Shown one piece after another: positions 5,547 to 12,227 of a stretch of DNA of 12,388 nt. Source of the DNA: Opitutaceae bacterium (GTDB lineage Bacteria; Verrucomicrobiota; Verrucomicrobiia; Opitutales; Opitutaceae); assembly GCA_031282705.1 (NCBI GenBank), contig JAITDF010000626.1, forward strand, positions 1 to 12,388, given 5' to 3'. The notes beneath the pieces were generated by a model. That model saw only the letters and a list, made by a program, of their open reading frames with translations. It was not told the DNA's origin and made no database searches. A program made the position numbers and the translations under genes. The number at the start of each line of letters is the position of its first letter. The stretch's first letter is position 1.

Positions 5547-7043
5547 ATGAACACCACCGGCATTATGAACAACATCAGCATCCTCCTCATCCCCGTGGGC
5601 ATCGTCCTCGGCATCATGATCCTCATCGGCATCATACGGCGCTACCGCATGTGCCCGCCCGACCGCGTCCTCGTGGTCTATGGCAAAATCTTCGGCAAAG
5701 GCGCGGCGCGCTGCTACAACGGCGGCGCCACCTTCGTCATGCCCGTCTTCCAAAGCTACTCCTACCTGAGCCTCGCCCCCATCACCATCGAGATACCCCT
5801 GCGCAACGCCCTTTCGAGCCAGAACATCCGCATCAACGCCCCCGCCAACTTCGCCGTCGCCATCTCCAACGACCCCGAAATCATGGGCAACGCCGCCACC
5901 CGCCTGCTCGGCAAAACCCCAGCCGAAATCGCCGAACTCGCCCGCGAAATCATCACCGGCCAGATGCGCGTCGTCATCGCCACCATGACCATCGAGGAAA
6001 TCAACGCCGACCGCGAAAAACTCATCTCCCTCATTACCACTGGCGTCGAAGTTGAACTGCGCAAAATTGGACTCCATCTTATCAACTGCAACGTCACCGA
6101 TATCACCGACGAATCCGGCTACATCGACGCCCTCGGCAAGGAAGCCGCCGCCAAAGCCATCAACGACGCCCAAATCAAAGTCGCCCAGGAAAACCAGCGC
6201 GGCGCCATCGGCCGGGCCGAAGCCGAGCGCCTGCAAGCCATCCGCGTCGCCGAAGCCGAGGCCGAGGCCGCCATCGGACGCAACCGCGCCCAGCAAACCA
6301 TCGTCACTTCCCAGGCCGAACTCGCCGAAAAACAAGCCGAAGGCGAACGCCGCGCCGAAGCCGCGCAAAAAACCGCCAAGGCCGAGGCCGAACGCCTCGC
6401 CTTTGAAGCCCAGAAAAACACCGAGGACGCCCGCGCCAAACGCGACGAAGCCGCCGCCATCGCCGACCAGGTCGCCCAGGCCAACGCCGCCAAGGAAAAA
6501 ATCCGCGTGGACGCCGAGGCCCGCGCCACCCAGGCCAAAGTCATCGCCGGCGGCCAGGCCGACGCCGCGCGCATCGCCGCCGAAGGCGAGGCCGCCGCCA
6601 TCAGGACAAAAGCCGAGGCCGAGGCCGCCGCCATCGCCATGAAACTCACCGCCGAGGCCAAAGGCAAACTCGCCCTCCTCGAAGCCGAGGCCAAAGGCCG
6701 CCAGGCCCTCCTCGACGCGCAAGCCGACGGCCTCGCCAAATTCACCCAAGGCGGACGCGACGCCGCCGCGGCCATCCACCTCATCCTCGCCCAGCAAGTC
6801 GTCGAAGTCGCCCGCGTGCAATCCGACGCCATCCAGAAACTGAAATTCGACAAAATCGTCGTCATGGGCGGCGGCGACGCCGGCGGCACGGCGGGCGCCT
6901 TTGTCCAGGACCTCTACAAAAACGTGCTCCCCCTGCACGAAGTCGCCAAGGCCGCGGGCGTGACGCTCCCCGGCTTCCTCGGCGCCGCCGCCGGCGCGGA
7001 GAAAAAAGCCCCCTCCGCCCCGGAAAAGAAACCCGCGCCATAA
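5547..7043 (+). CDS. SPFH/band-7 flotillin-like protein of the YqiK type, with a long Ala/Glu-rich coiled-coil made of flotillin repeats.
   Basis: The ORF frame is open from 5382, but that would overlap nfeD, so the likely start is the ATG at 5547 (MNTTGIMNNISILL...) or at 5565. The protein has an N-terminal transmembrane helix followed by YRMCPPDRVLVVYGKIFGKG...ATFVMPVFQSY (SPFH domain, similar to E. coli YqiK), then AEAEAEAA-type EA repeats, and a stop TAA at 7041-7043. Confidence 0.8.
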   Translation: MNTTGIMNNISILLIPVGIVLGIMILIGIIRRYRMCPPDRVLVVYGKIFGKGAARCYNGGATFVMPVFQSYSYLSLAPITIEIPLRNALSSQNIRINAPANFAVAISNDPEIMGNAATRLLGKTPAEIAELAREIITGQMRVVIATMTIEEINADREKLISLITTGVEVELRKIGLHLINCNVTDITDESGYIDALGKEAAAKAINDAQIKVAQENQRGAIGRAEAERLQAIRVAEAEAEAAIGRNRAQQTIVTSQAELAEKQAEGERRAEAAQKTAKAEAERLAFEAQKNTEDARAKRDEAAAIADQVAQANAAKEKIRVDAEARATQAKVIAGGQADAARIAAEGEAAAIRTKAEAEAAAIAMKLTAEAKGKLALLEAEAKGRQALLDAQADGLAKFTQGGRDAAAAIHLILAQQVVEVARVQSDAIQKLKFDKIVVMGGGDAGGTAGAFVQDLYKNVLPLHEVAKAAGVTLPGFLGAAAGAEKKAPSAPEKKPAP

Positions 7044-7107
7044 ACCAAGCCGCTGCCGCCCCGTCCGCCACCGCCACCTCCTCCTCCCTGAAAGCCGTCA
7101 ACGCGGG

Positions 7108-7127
7108 CGGGGCAATAAATTGCCCCG
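7108..7127. repeat. Perfect 20-bp palindrome cggggcaataaattgccccg, 65 bp 3' of the flotillin gene and between the convergent flotillin and tonB genes.
   Basis: The sequence is exactly self-complementary and shares the core GGGCAAT-(A/T)3-ATTGCCC with 281-297. It could act as a bidirectional transcription stop, but it has no clean U-tract. Confidence 0.5.
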
Positions 7128-7214
7128 TCGTTCCGAGCGAAGCGAGAAGCCTGACAAGCGGTGACAAGTCACCGCACTCCAAGAAAGCCCCGCCGCCGGA
7201 CGCCGGACGGGGAA

Positions 7215-7892
7215 CTATTCCGAATCGCTCAGGCTGAACACGACAGGCATGTGCATCGTGAAGCGCACCGGCACGCCGTTTTTGCGGCCAGGCTCGAAAC
7301 GCCACTTGGCCACCGCGCGCAGCGTCGGCTCCTCGAACTCGCGGTGCGTCGATTCCACCACGCGCGCGTCCGTCACGAAACCTTTTTCATCGACCACGAA
7401 CGCGACCGTCACCGAGCCTTCGATGCCCGCGCTTTTCGCCGCGTGCGGATACGCCGGCGCGGCGCGGAAACGCGTGCCCGGCGTGTTGTCGAGAAACCGC
7501 ATGTCGAGCACCGGCGGCCCGCCTTTCCCGTCCCCGTCACCCCTGAGATAATCGCCGGGCGGGATGGTGGTGATCGGGCCGAGCATTCCCGCCTTGTTGT
7601 CGGGCGCGAACACCGCCGGCGTCGTTTCCATGCCGTCGCGCGGGTTCAGGATCACGGGATCGAGCACCGGCACCGGGCGCGCGGGCGCCTCGATTTCCGG
7701 CCTCGGCCCGTCGTCATCGTCCCGCGCCGGCGGCGGTTCGGGCGGCAGGGGTTTGGGCGGGGTCCACTGCGGCTCGATTTCCACCAGATTGCCGGGAGTG
7801 ATTGCCGGCGTGTTTCCATTGTTGAAGCCCAGCAGCACGAGCGCGTGCGCGGCTGCGGCGAAGATTCCGGGGAGGATGAGTCTGGTTGTCAT
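7215..7892 (-). CDS. tonB: TonB energy-transducer protein.
   Basis: 225 aa. It has an N-terminal transmembrane anchor (LILPGIFAAAAHALVLLGF), a Pro-rich spacer (PPKPLPPEPPPARDDDDGPRPE) and a C-terminal TonB_C domain (AAPAYPHAAKSAGIEGSVTVAFVVDEKGFV...AVAKWRFEPGRKNGVPV). Confidence 0.8.
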   Translation of the reverse strand: MTTRLILPGIFAAAAHALVLLGFNNGNTPAITPGNLVEIEPQWTPPKPLPPEPPPARDDDDGPRPEIEAPARPVPVLDPVILNPRDGMETTPAVFAPDNKAGMLGPITTIPPGDYLRGDGDGKGGPPVLDMRFLDNTPGTRFRAAPAYPHAAKSAGIEGSVTVAFVVDEKGFVTDARVVESTHREFEEPTLRAVAKWRFEPGRKNGVPVRFTMHMPVVFSLSDSE

Positions 7893-7965
7893 GGCGGCTC
7901 CTTTGTTGAGGGTTCACCCCTGTTACGCGCCGCCGGGCGGTTTATTATTAAAAATCGAAAACTAT

Positions 7966-8053
7966 TTTCCGCCGCGCCCGTTTTTTCCAGCGCACCGTTT
8001 TTTCCGCCGCGCCCGTTTTCCCGGCGCATCCGTTATTCCGGCGCGCCGCCGCC
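7966..8053. repeat. About five imperfect tandem copies of TTCCGCCGCGCCCGTTTT-like units with a period of roughly 17 bp, between the ABC permease stop and the tonB start. The clearest copies are at 7966-7986 and 8000-8019, with variants at 7983-8003 and 8020-8037. An AT-rich tract lies at 7939-7968.
   Basis: Read directly from the sequence. Both flanking genes are on the minus strand, so this region combines the end of the permease transcript with the tonB promoter region. Confidence 0.7.
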
Positions 8054-9187
8054 TCAATCCAGCGTCCGCCGGTAGCGTTTCAGCGCGACGGCCATCACCG
8101 CCGCCATGAACAGCGCGATCGGCCAAAGCTCCGGCGCGATGTCCGCGAAGCCGGCGCCCTTCAGCAGCACGCCGCGCGCGATGCGCAGGAAATGCGTCAG
8201 CGGCAGGCAGCCGCCGACGGCCTGCGCCCAGCCCGGCATGCCGCGAAACGGGAACATGAACCCCGAGAGCAGCAGCGAGGGCAGGAAAAAGAAAAACGCC
8301 ATCTGCACCGCCTGGAGCTGGTTTTTCGCCAGCGTGGAAAACGTGATGCCCACCGACAGGTTCGCCACGATGAACAGCAGCGCCACGGCGTAGAGCAGGG
8401 CCAGGCTCCCCTCCATCGGCACGTCGAAGAGCAGCCGCGCCGCCCCCAGCACCAGCGAGATTTGCAGGTAGCCGACCGCGATATACGGCAGGATTTTCCC
8501 CGTCAGCACCTCCAGCGGGCGCACCGGCGTGGCGAGCAGGTTTTCCATCGTGCCGCGCTCGCGTTCGCGCGTGATGGCCAGCGCGGTGATGATGACCATC
8601 GTCATCGTCAGCACCACGCCCATCAAGCCCGGCACGGTGTTGTATTGCGTGATGTTTTCCGGGTTGAAATGGCGGTGCACGAGCAGCTCCACCGGCCCGG
8701 CGCCGCCGTGCAACTCCGCCAGCGGGCCGGGCAGGTCGCGGTCGAGCACGCCGGCCATGAGCAGCGAGAGCGCCGCCAGCGCCGGCCCCGTGGCCGCGGG
8801 GTCGGTCGCGTCGGCCTCCAGCAGGACCGCCGGGCGCTCCCCGCGCAGCAGCCGGCGCGAAAAATCCACGGGGATGTTGAGCACGAACTGCGCCCTGCCG
8901 AGTTGCAGCAACTCGCGCGCCGCCGCCTCGGACGGCGCGTGGTCGCGCACCTCGAAATACCCGCTGCGCCGCATCGCCTGCACGATGGCGCGCGCATACG
9001 GGCCGCCGTCGGCGTCGAGCACGACCGTGGGCAGATGCCGCGGGTCGGAGTTGATCGCGTAGCCAAACAACAACAGTTGCACGACCGGGATGCCCACGAT
9101 CATCGCAAACGTCGCGCGGTCGCGCCGCATCTGGACAAACTCCTTCAGCACGACGGCCCGGAGGCGCCCTGGGGAAAACCAGCTCAT
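8054..9187 (-). CDS. ABC-2 family transporter permease (YbhS/YbhR-like).
   Basis: 377 aa with about 6 transmembrane segments in the C-terminal half and an N-terminal periplasmic region, as expected for an ABC-2 permease. The start codon overlaps the upstream ATPase stop as ATGA (translational coupling). Confidence 0.8.
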   Translation of the reverse strand: MSWFSPGRLRAVVLKEFVQMRRDRATFAMIVGIPVVQLLLFGYAINSDPRHLPTVVLDADGGPYARAIVQAMRRSGYFEVRDHAPSEAAARELLQLGRAQFVLNIPVDFSRRLLRGERPAVLLEADATDPAATGPALAALSLLMAGVLDRDLPGPLAELHGGAGPVELLVHRHFNPENITQYNTVPGLMGVVLTMTMVIITALAITRERERGTMENLLATPVRPLEVLTGKILPYIAVGYLQISLVLGAARLLFDVPMEGSLALLYAVALLFIVANLSVGITFSTLAKNQLQAVQMAFFFFLPSLLLSGFMFPFRGMPGWAQAVGGCLPLTHFLRIARGVLLKGAGFADIAPELWPIALFMAAVMAVALKRYRRTLD

Positions 9188-10149
9188 GGCCGCGGCGCCT
9201 CCTCCCGCGTTTCGGACGCCGCGGCGCCGCGCTCGAAATTATCCCGCGCCGCGCCCATCAGGCTGATGAACACATCCTCCAGCCCCGGCGTGATCTCCGC
9301 GCAACGCTGCGCGCCGCCGCGAAACGCCTCCGCCAGGCTCGCCTGCGCGCGCGCCCGGTCGCGCGTGCTCACGTGGAGCGTGCCGCCAAACGCCACCACC
9401 TGCTCCAGGCCCGGCAGGGCGCGCAGCCGCGCCGCCGTGCGCGGCAGGTCCGGGCCGCCGATTTCCCACGTGGCCAGGCCCGCGCGCGCGATGACCTCGG
9501 GCACCGTGCCGCGCGCGAGCAGGCTGCCGTAGGCGATGTAGGCGATGCGGTGGCAGCGTTCGGCCTCGTCCATGTAGTGCGTGGTGACGAGCACGGTGAG
9601 GCCCCCGGCGGCGAGCTGGTGAATCTCGTCCCAGAACTCGCGGCGCGCCTTCGGGTCCACGCCCGCGGTCGGCTCGTCGAGCAGGAGCAGTTTCGGGCGG
9701 TGGATCAGGCACGCCGCCAGCGCGAGCCGTTGTTTCCAGCCGCCGGAGAGCTGCCCCGCGAGCTGGCGGCTGCGCCCGGCCAGCCCGAGCCGTTCCAGGC
9801 TTTCCGCCACCGCCGCGCGCCGGTCGGGCACGGCATAAAGGCGCGCCACGAAGTCGAGGTTTTCGCGGATGCTCAAATCCTCATAAAGGCTGAACCGCTG
9901 CGTCATGTAGCCGACTTGCAGCCGGATCGCCGCCTGCTGCCGCAGCACGTCGAGCCCCAGGCAGGCGCCGCTCCCGGCGTCGGGCGTGAGCAGGCCGCAC
10001 AACATGCGGATGAAGGTCGTCTTGCCCGAGCCGTTCGGCCCCAGAAACCCGTGGATTTCCCCGCGCCCGACCTGCATGTCGAGTCCGTTGACGACCGTTT
10101 TTCCGCCGAATCGCTTCGTGATTCCCTGCACGTCGATGACAAGGTCCAT
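9184..10149 (-). CDS. ABC transporter ATP-binding protein with a single nucleotide-binding domain and a C-terminal extension of about 90 aa.
   Basis: Walker A motif GPNGSGKTT, Q-loop, ABC signature LSGGWKQRL, Walker B motif LLLLDEPTAGVD and an H-loop (TTHYMDEA). Confidence 0.88.
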   Translation of the reverse strand: MDLVIDVQGITKRFGGKTVVNGLDMQVGRGEIHGFLGPNGSGKTTFIRMLCGLLTPDAGSGACLGLDVLRQQAAIRLQVGYMTQRFSLYEDLSIRENLDFVARLYAVPDRRAAVAESLERLGLAGRSRQLAGQLSGGWKQRLALAACLIHRPKLLLLDEPTAGVDPKARREFWDEIHQLAAGGLTVLVTTHYMDEAERCHRIAYIAYGSLLARGTVPEVIARAGLATWEIGGPDLPRTAARLRALPGLEQVVAFGGTLHVSTRDRARAQASLAEAFRGGAQRCAEITPGLEDVFISLMGAARDNFERGAAASETREEAPRP

Positions 10150-10165
10150 GGCTGTATATACAAAC

Positions 10166-10194
10166 CGCTAAAAACGCGAAAAATCGCTAAAAAT
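10166..10194. promoter_or_regulatory. Three A5 tracts phased at 10 bp (cgctaaaaa / cgcgaaaaat / cgctaaaaat), 17-45 bp upstream of the ABC ATPase start codon. This is predicted to produce intrinsically curved DNA and may mark an internal promoter. A TATATA hexamer lies at 10155-10160, about 5 nt from the ATG, which would allow a leaderless transcript.
   Basis: The repeat spacing was counted directly. A-tract phasing at the helical repeat is a known cause of DNA bending. The promoter assignment is an inference. Confidence 0.35.
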
Positions 10195-10199
10195 CTTGC

Positions 10200-10463
10200 A
10201 ACCGCGAAGGGCGCGAAGAACGCGAAGATTTAATAACTGATGTTACGCAGTCGGCAGATTTTGGCAGGGCGGTCTCGCCGGGACCGCCCTGCCAAAACTG
10301 GCCGCCGCGTAGCATCAGTTAATAAATGAAACTTATTCTTCAAAAAGAGCGCCGGCCCTTTGCGGTTTATGTGGTTGTTTATCATCCTGTATTATTTTCG
10401 CGTCCTTTGGCGATTCCAGCGGCTATAAAAATTCTCTTCGCATCCTTCGTGCCCTTCGCGGTT
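10200..10463. repeat. Nested palindromic element in the 323-bp spacer between the HlyD-like and ABC ATPase genes. The outer inverted repeat is aaccgcgaagggcgcgaag at 10200-10218 against 10445-10463 (18/19). The middle inverted repeat is ttaataactgatgttacgc at 10230-10248 against 10307-10325 (17/19). The innermost hairpin is perfect: a 16-bp stem ttttggcagggcggtc / gaccgccctgccaaaa with a 7-nt loop, at 10259-10297. There are also three CGCGAAG repeats at 10203-10227.
   Basis: All arms were verified by reverse-complement comparison. In the innermost hairpin the T and A runs are part of the stem, so there is no U-tract 3' of the stem on either strand and it is not a canonical intrinsic terminator. 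Confidence 0.85.
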
Positions 10464-10472
10464 CATAATAAA

Positions 10473-11462
10473 CTATTCCGCCGGTCTCACGTCCACCGGC
10501 TGCCCCGGATGCAGGTCGCGCGCCGCCTCGCCGGAGAAAACCGCCTCGACCATGAACACCAGTTTCGCCCGGTTTTCGCGGTTGTATAAAACCGGCGGCG
10601 TGTATTCGGGCGAGGGCGACACATGGCTCACCCGCGCTTCCAGCGGCGCGGCCTGCCCGTCCATATGCACCCGCACCGCGGCGCCGGGCTTCAGCGCGGC
10701 CAGCGCCGGCTCCGGCACGAAGAAGCGGGCTTTTAAAAACTCCGGCGGCAGCAGCACCACCACGGGGCGCCCGGCGGGCACGTATTCGCCCTCGCGGTAG
10801 AGGGTGTCGAAGACCAGCCCGGCGCGCGGCGCGGTCTGCGCCATTTGCGACGCGTTCCATTGCGCGCGGTCCACCGCCGCGCGGGCGGAGACCGCCTCCG
10901 CCCGCGCCGCCGCGAGCGCGTCGGCCCGCCCGCCGAGCCGCGCCGTCGCCAGGTTCGCCTCGATTTGCGCCACCGCCGCCGCCGCCGCCGCGCTCGCGTG
11001 GCGCGACCGGTCGTAGTCGTCCTGGGAGATCACGGTGGCGGCGAGGAGTTGCTGCTGTCTTGAGAGGTCGAGCGCGGCCATGTCCGCGCGGGCTTTGGCC
11101 TCGGCGAGTTGGGATTCGATGGCGGCGATTTCCGAGGGGCGCGCCCCTTTTCCCAAATCCGCCAGCCGCGCCTCCGCCGAGCGCAACGCGCCCCGCGCCT
11201 CCTCCAGCGCCGCGCGCTCCGCCACGCTCTCCAGCGCGAACAGCGCCGCGCCCGCCTCCACGCGCCGCCCCTTCGCCACCGACAGCGTCTCCAGCCGGCC
11301 GGGCAGCGGCGCGCCCACCTGCACAAACTCGGCCTCCAGGTAGCCCTGCCACGCCCCCGTGTCGCGCTTCGCGCAACCGGACGGCGGCAGCGCGCCGAGG
11401 AAGAGCAGCACGGCCATTGCGCCCGCGCCCGCCTTTGTATTATTGCCCAAAATGTTTCTCAT
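10473..11462 (-). CDS. HlyD-family membrane-fusion (periplasmic adaptor) protein, YbhG-like.
   Basis: 329 aa. It has an N-terminal signal/anchor (MAVLLFLGALPPSGC), a coiled-coil region and a C-terminus EYTPPVLYNRENRAKLVFMVEAVF...GQPVDV that closely parallels E. coli YbhG ([24 protein letters not shown]...GMPVTV). The annotated start overlaps the TetR gene by 23 bp; an alternative start at 11417 removes the overlap. Confidence 0.8.
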   Translation of the reverse strand: MRNILGNNTKAGAGAMAVLLFLGALPPSGCAKRDTGAWQGYLEAEFVQVGAPLPGRLETLSVAKGRRVEAGAALFALESVAERAALEEARGALRSAEARLADLGKGARPSEIAAIESQLAEAKARADMAALDLSRQQQLLAATVISQDDYDRSRHASAAAAAAVAQIEANLATARLGGRADALAAARAEAVSARAAVDRAQWNASQMAQTAPRAGLVFDTLYREGEYVPAGRPVVVLLPPEFLKARFFVPEPALAALKPGAAVRVHMDGQAAPLEARVSHVSPSPEYTPPVLYNRENRAKLVFMVEAVFSGEAARDLHPGQPVDVRPAE

Positions 11463-12117
11463 AGGATTTGCGTCCCTTGGTGGTGAGCAGGCCGTTCATG
11501 ACCAGGTCCAAAAGCCGGGCGATGGCCTGGCCGGGTGAAAGTCCCCACGCGGCGAGCACATCGGGCTGCGTGAACGAGCGCAGCACGCTCAACATCACAT
11601 GCGCCGCGAAATCCGTGTCGATGTCCGCGCGCACCGCGCCTTCCGCCACGCCCCTGCGCAGCAAGGCGCTCCACACCGCCGGGAAATGTTTTCCGCGCAA
11701 GTCCTCGAATTTCCGGTGCAGTTCCGGCGCGAAGCGCTGCAAGTCGCGCAGCACGTGCTCGCTGAGGCGCGCGATTCTCGGCGCGGCGGCCGCCAGGATA
11801 TCCGCCACGGTTTGGACAAACGGCCGTTCCTCCCGCAGCCTCGCCTCCACCTCGGCGCGCAGCGACGCCGCAAACTTTTCGATCGCCGCGTCCACCATTT
11901 CGTCCTTGCCCGGGAAATGCCGGTAGAGGGTTTTTTTGCTCATCCCCAGTTCATGCGCGAGCGCATCCATCGTGAGCGCGCTGTAGCCGTGCAGGAACAG
12001 CTCGCGTTCCACCTGCTCCAGAATCCTCGCGCGCGCCGCCTCGTCCGCCGCGGCCGGGGTGCCGCTCCGCGTTTTCGCCTTTCCGGATTTTTTCGCCGTC
12101 GTCGTCATCTCCATCAA
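11440..12117 (-). CDS. TetR/AcrR-family transcriptional regulator, the likely repressor of the downstream HlyD-ABC operon (CecR/YbiH-like position).
   Basis: 225 aa. The N-terminal helix-turn-helix RILEQVERELFLHGYSALTMDALAHELGMSKKTLYRHFPGKDEMV is a TetR_N signature. Its position as first gene of a ybhG-like operon matches the E. coli cecR-ybhGFSR arrangement. Confidence 0.8.
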   Translation of the reverse strand: MMEMTTTAKKSGKAKTRSGTPAAADEAARARILEQVERELFLHGYSALTMDALAHELGMSKKTLYRHFPGKDEMVDAAIEKFAASLRAEVEARLREERPFVQTVADILAAAAPRIARLSEHVLRDLQRFAPELHRKFEDLRGKHFPAVWSALLRRGVAEGAVRADIDTDFAAHVMLSVLRSFTQPDVLAAWGLSPGQAIARLLDLVMNGLLTTKGRKSYEKHFGQ

Positions 12118-12126
12118 TTTCCCTTG

Positions 12127-12154
12127 GGAAACTTAAAAAGTATTATCAGTTTCC
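12127..12154. promoter_or_regulatory. Candidate TetR operator. Inverted repeat ggaaact-N14-agtttcc, 10-37 bp upstream of the TetR start. On the coding strand the spacer contains a -10-like hexamer gataat.
   Basis: The palindrome was read directly. TetR-family repressors typically bind palindromes that overlap their own promoters, which is established knowledge. Assigning this palindrome as the operator is an inference. Confidence 0.4.
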
Positions 12155-12227
12155 ACATGTCAAGTCCTCCCGGGTTCTGGCGAAGCGACAGTCCGCCAAC
12201 CTGCGGAGGGCGGCGCCGGCGGCGGTG

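Noticed and set aside
5376-6938. 520-aa and 256-aa (6119-6889) minus-strand ORFs antisense to the flotillin gene, and a 134-aa ORF at 5651-6055.
   Set aside because: They mirror the Ala/Glu repeat of the real plus-strand gene and have no domains. The plus-strand SPFH/flotillin reading is unambiguous.
7161-9532. Plus-strand ORFs (7161-8075, 7564-8109, 8192-9532, 8529-9062) antisense to tonB and the ABC genes.
   Set aside because: The translations are Arg/His-rich with no domains. The minus-strand genes have clear TonB_C, ABC-2 and Walker/signature motifs.
10259-10297. Perfect 16-bp hairpin flanked by T and A runs, considered as a bidirectional intrinsic terminator inside the operon.
   Set aside because: The T run is 5' and the A run is 3' of the stem on both strands because they are part of the palindrome. 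Neither transcript would carry the 3' U-tract that intrinsic termination requires. It is kept only as a structural or binding palindrome.
10423-11376. 317-aa minus-strand ORF in an alternative frame inside the HlyD-like gene, and plus-strand ORFs at 10552-11486.
   Set aside because: It is Gly/Arg-rich and low-complexity. The frame giving the YbhG-like protein is supported by C-terminal homology.
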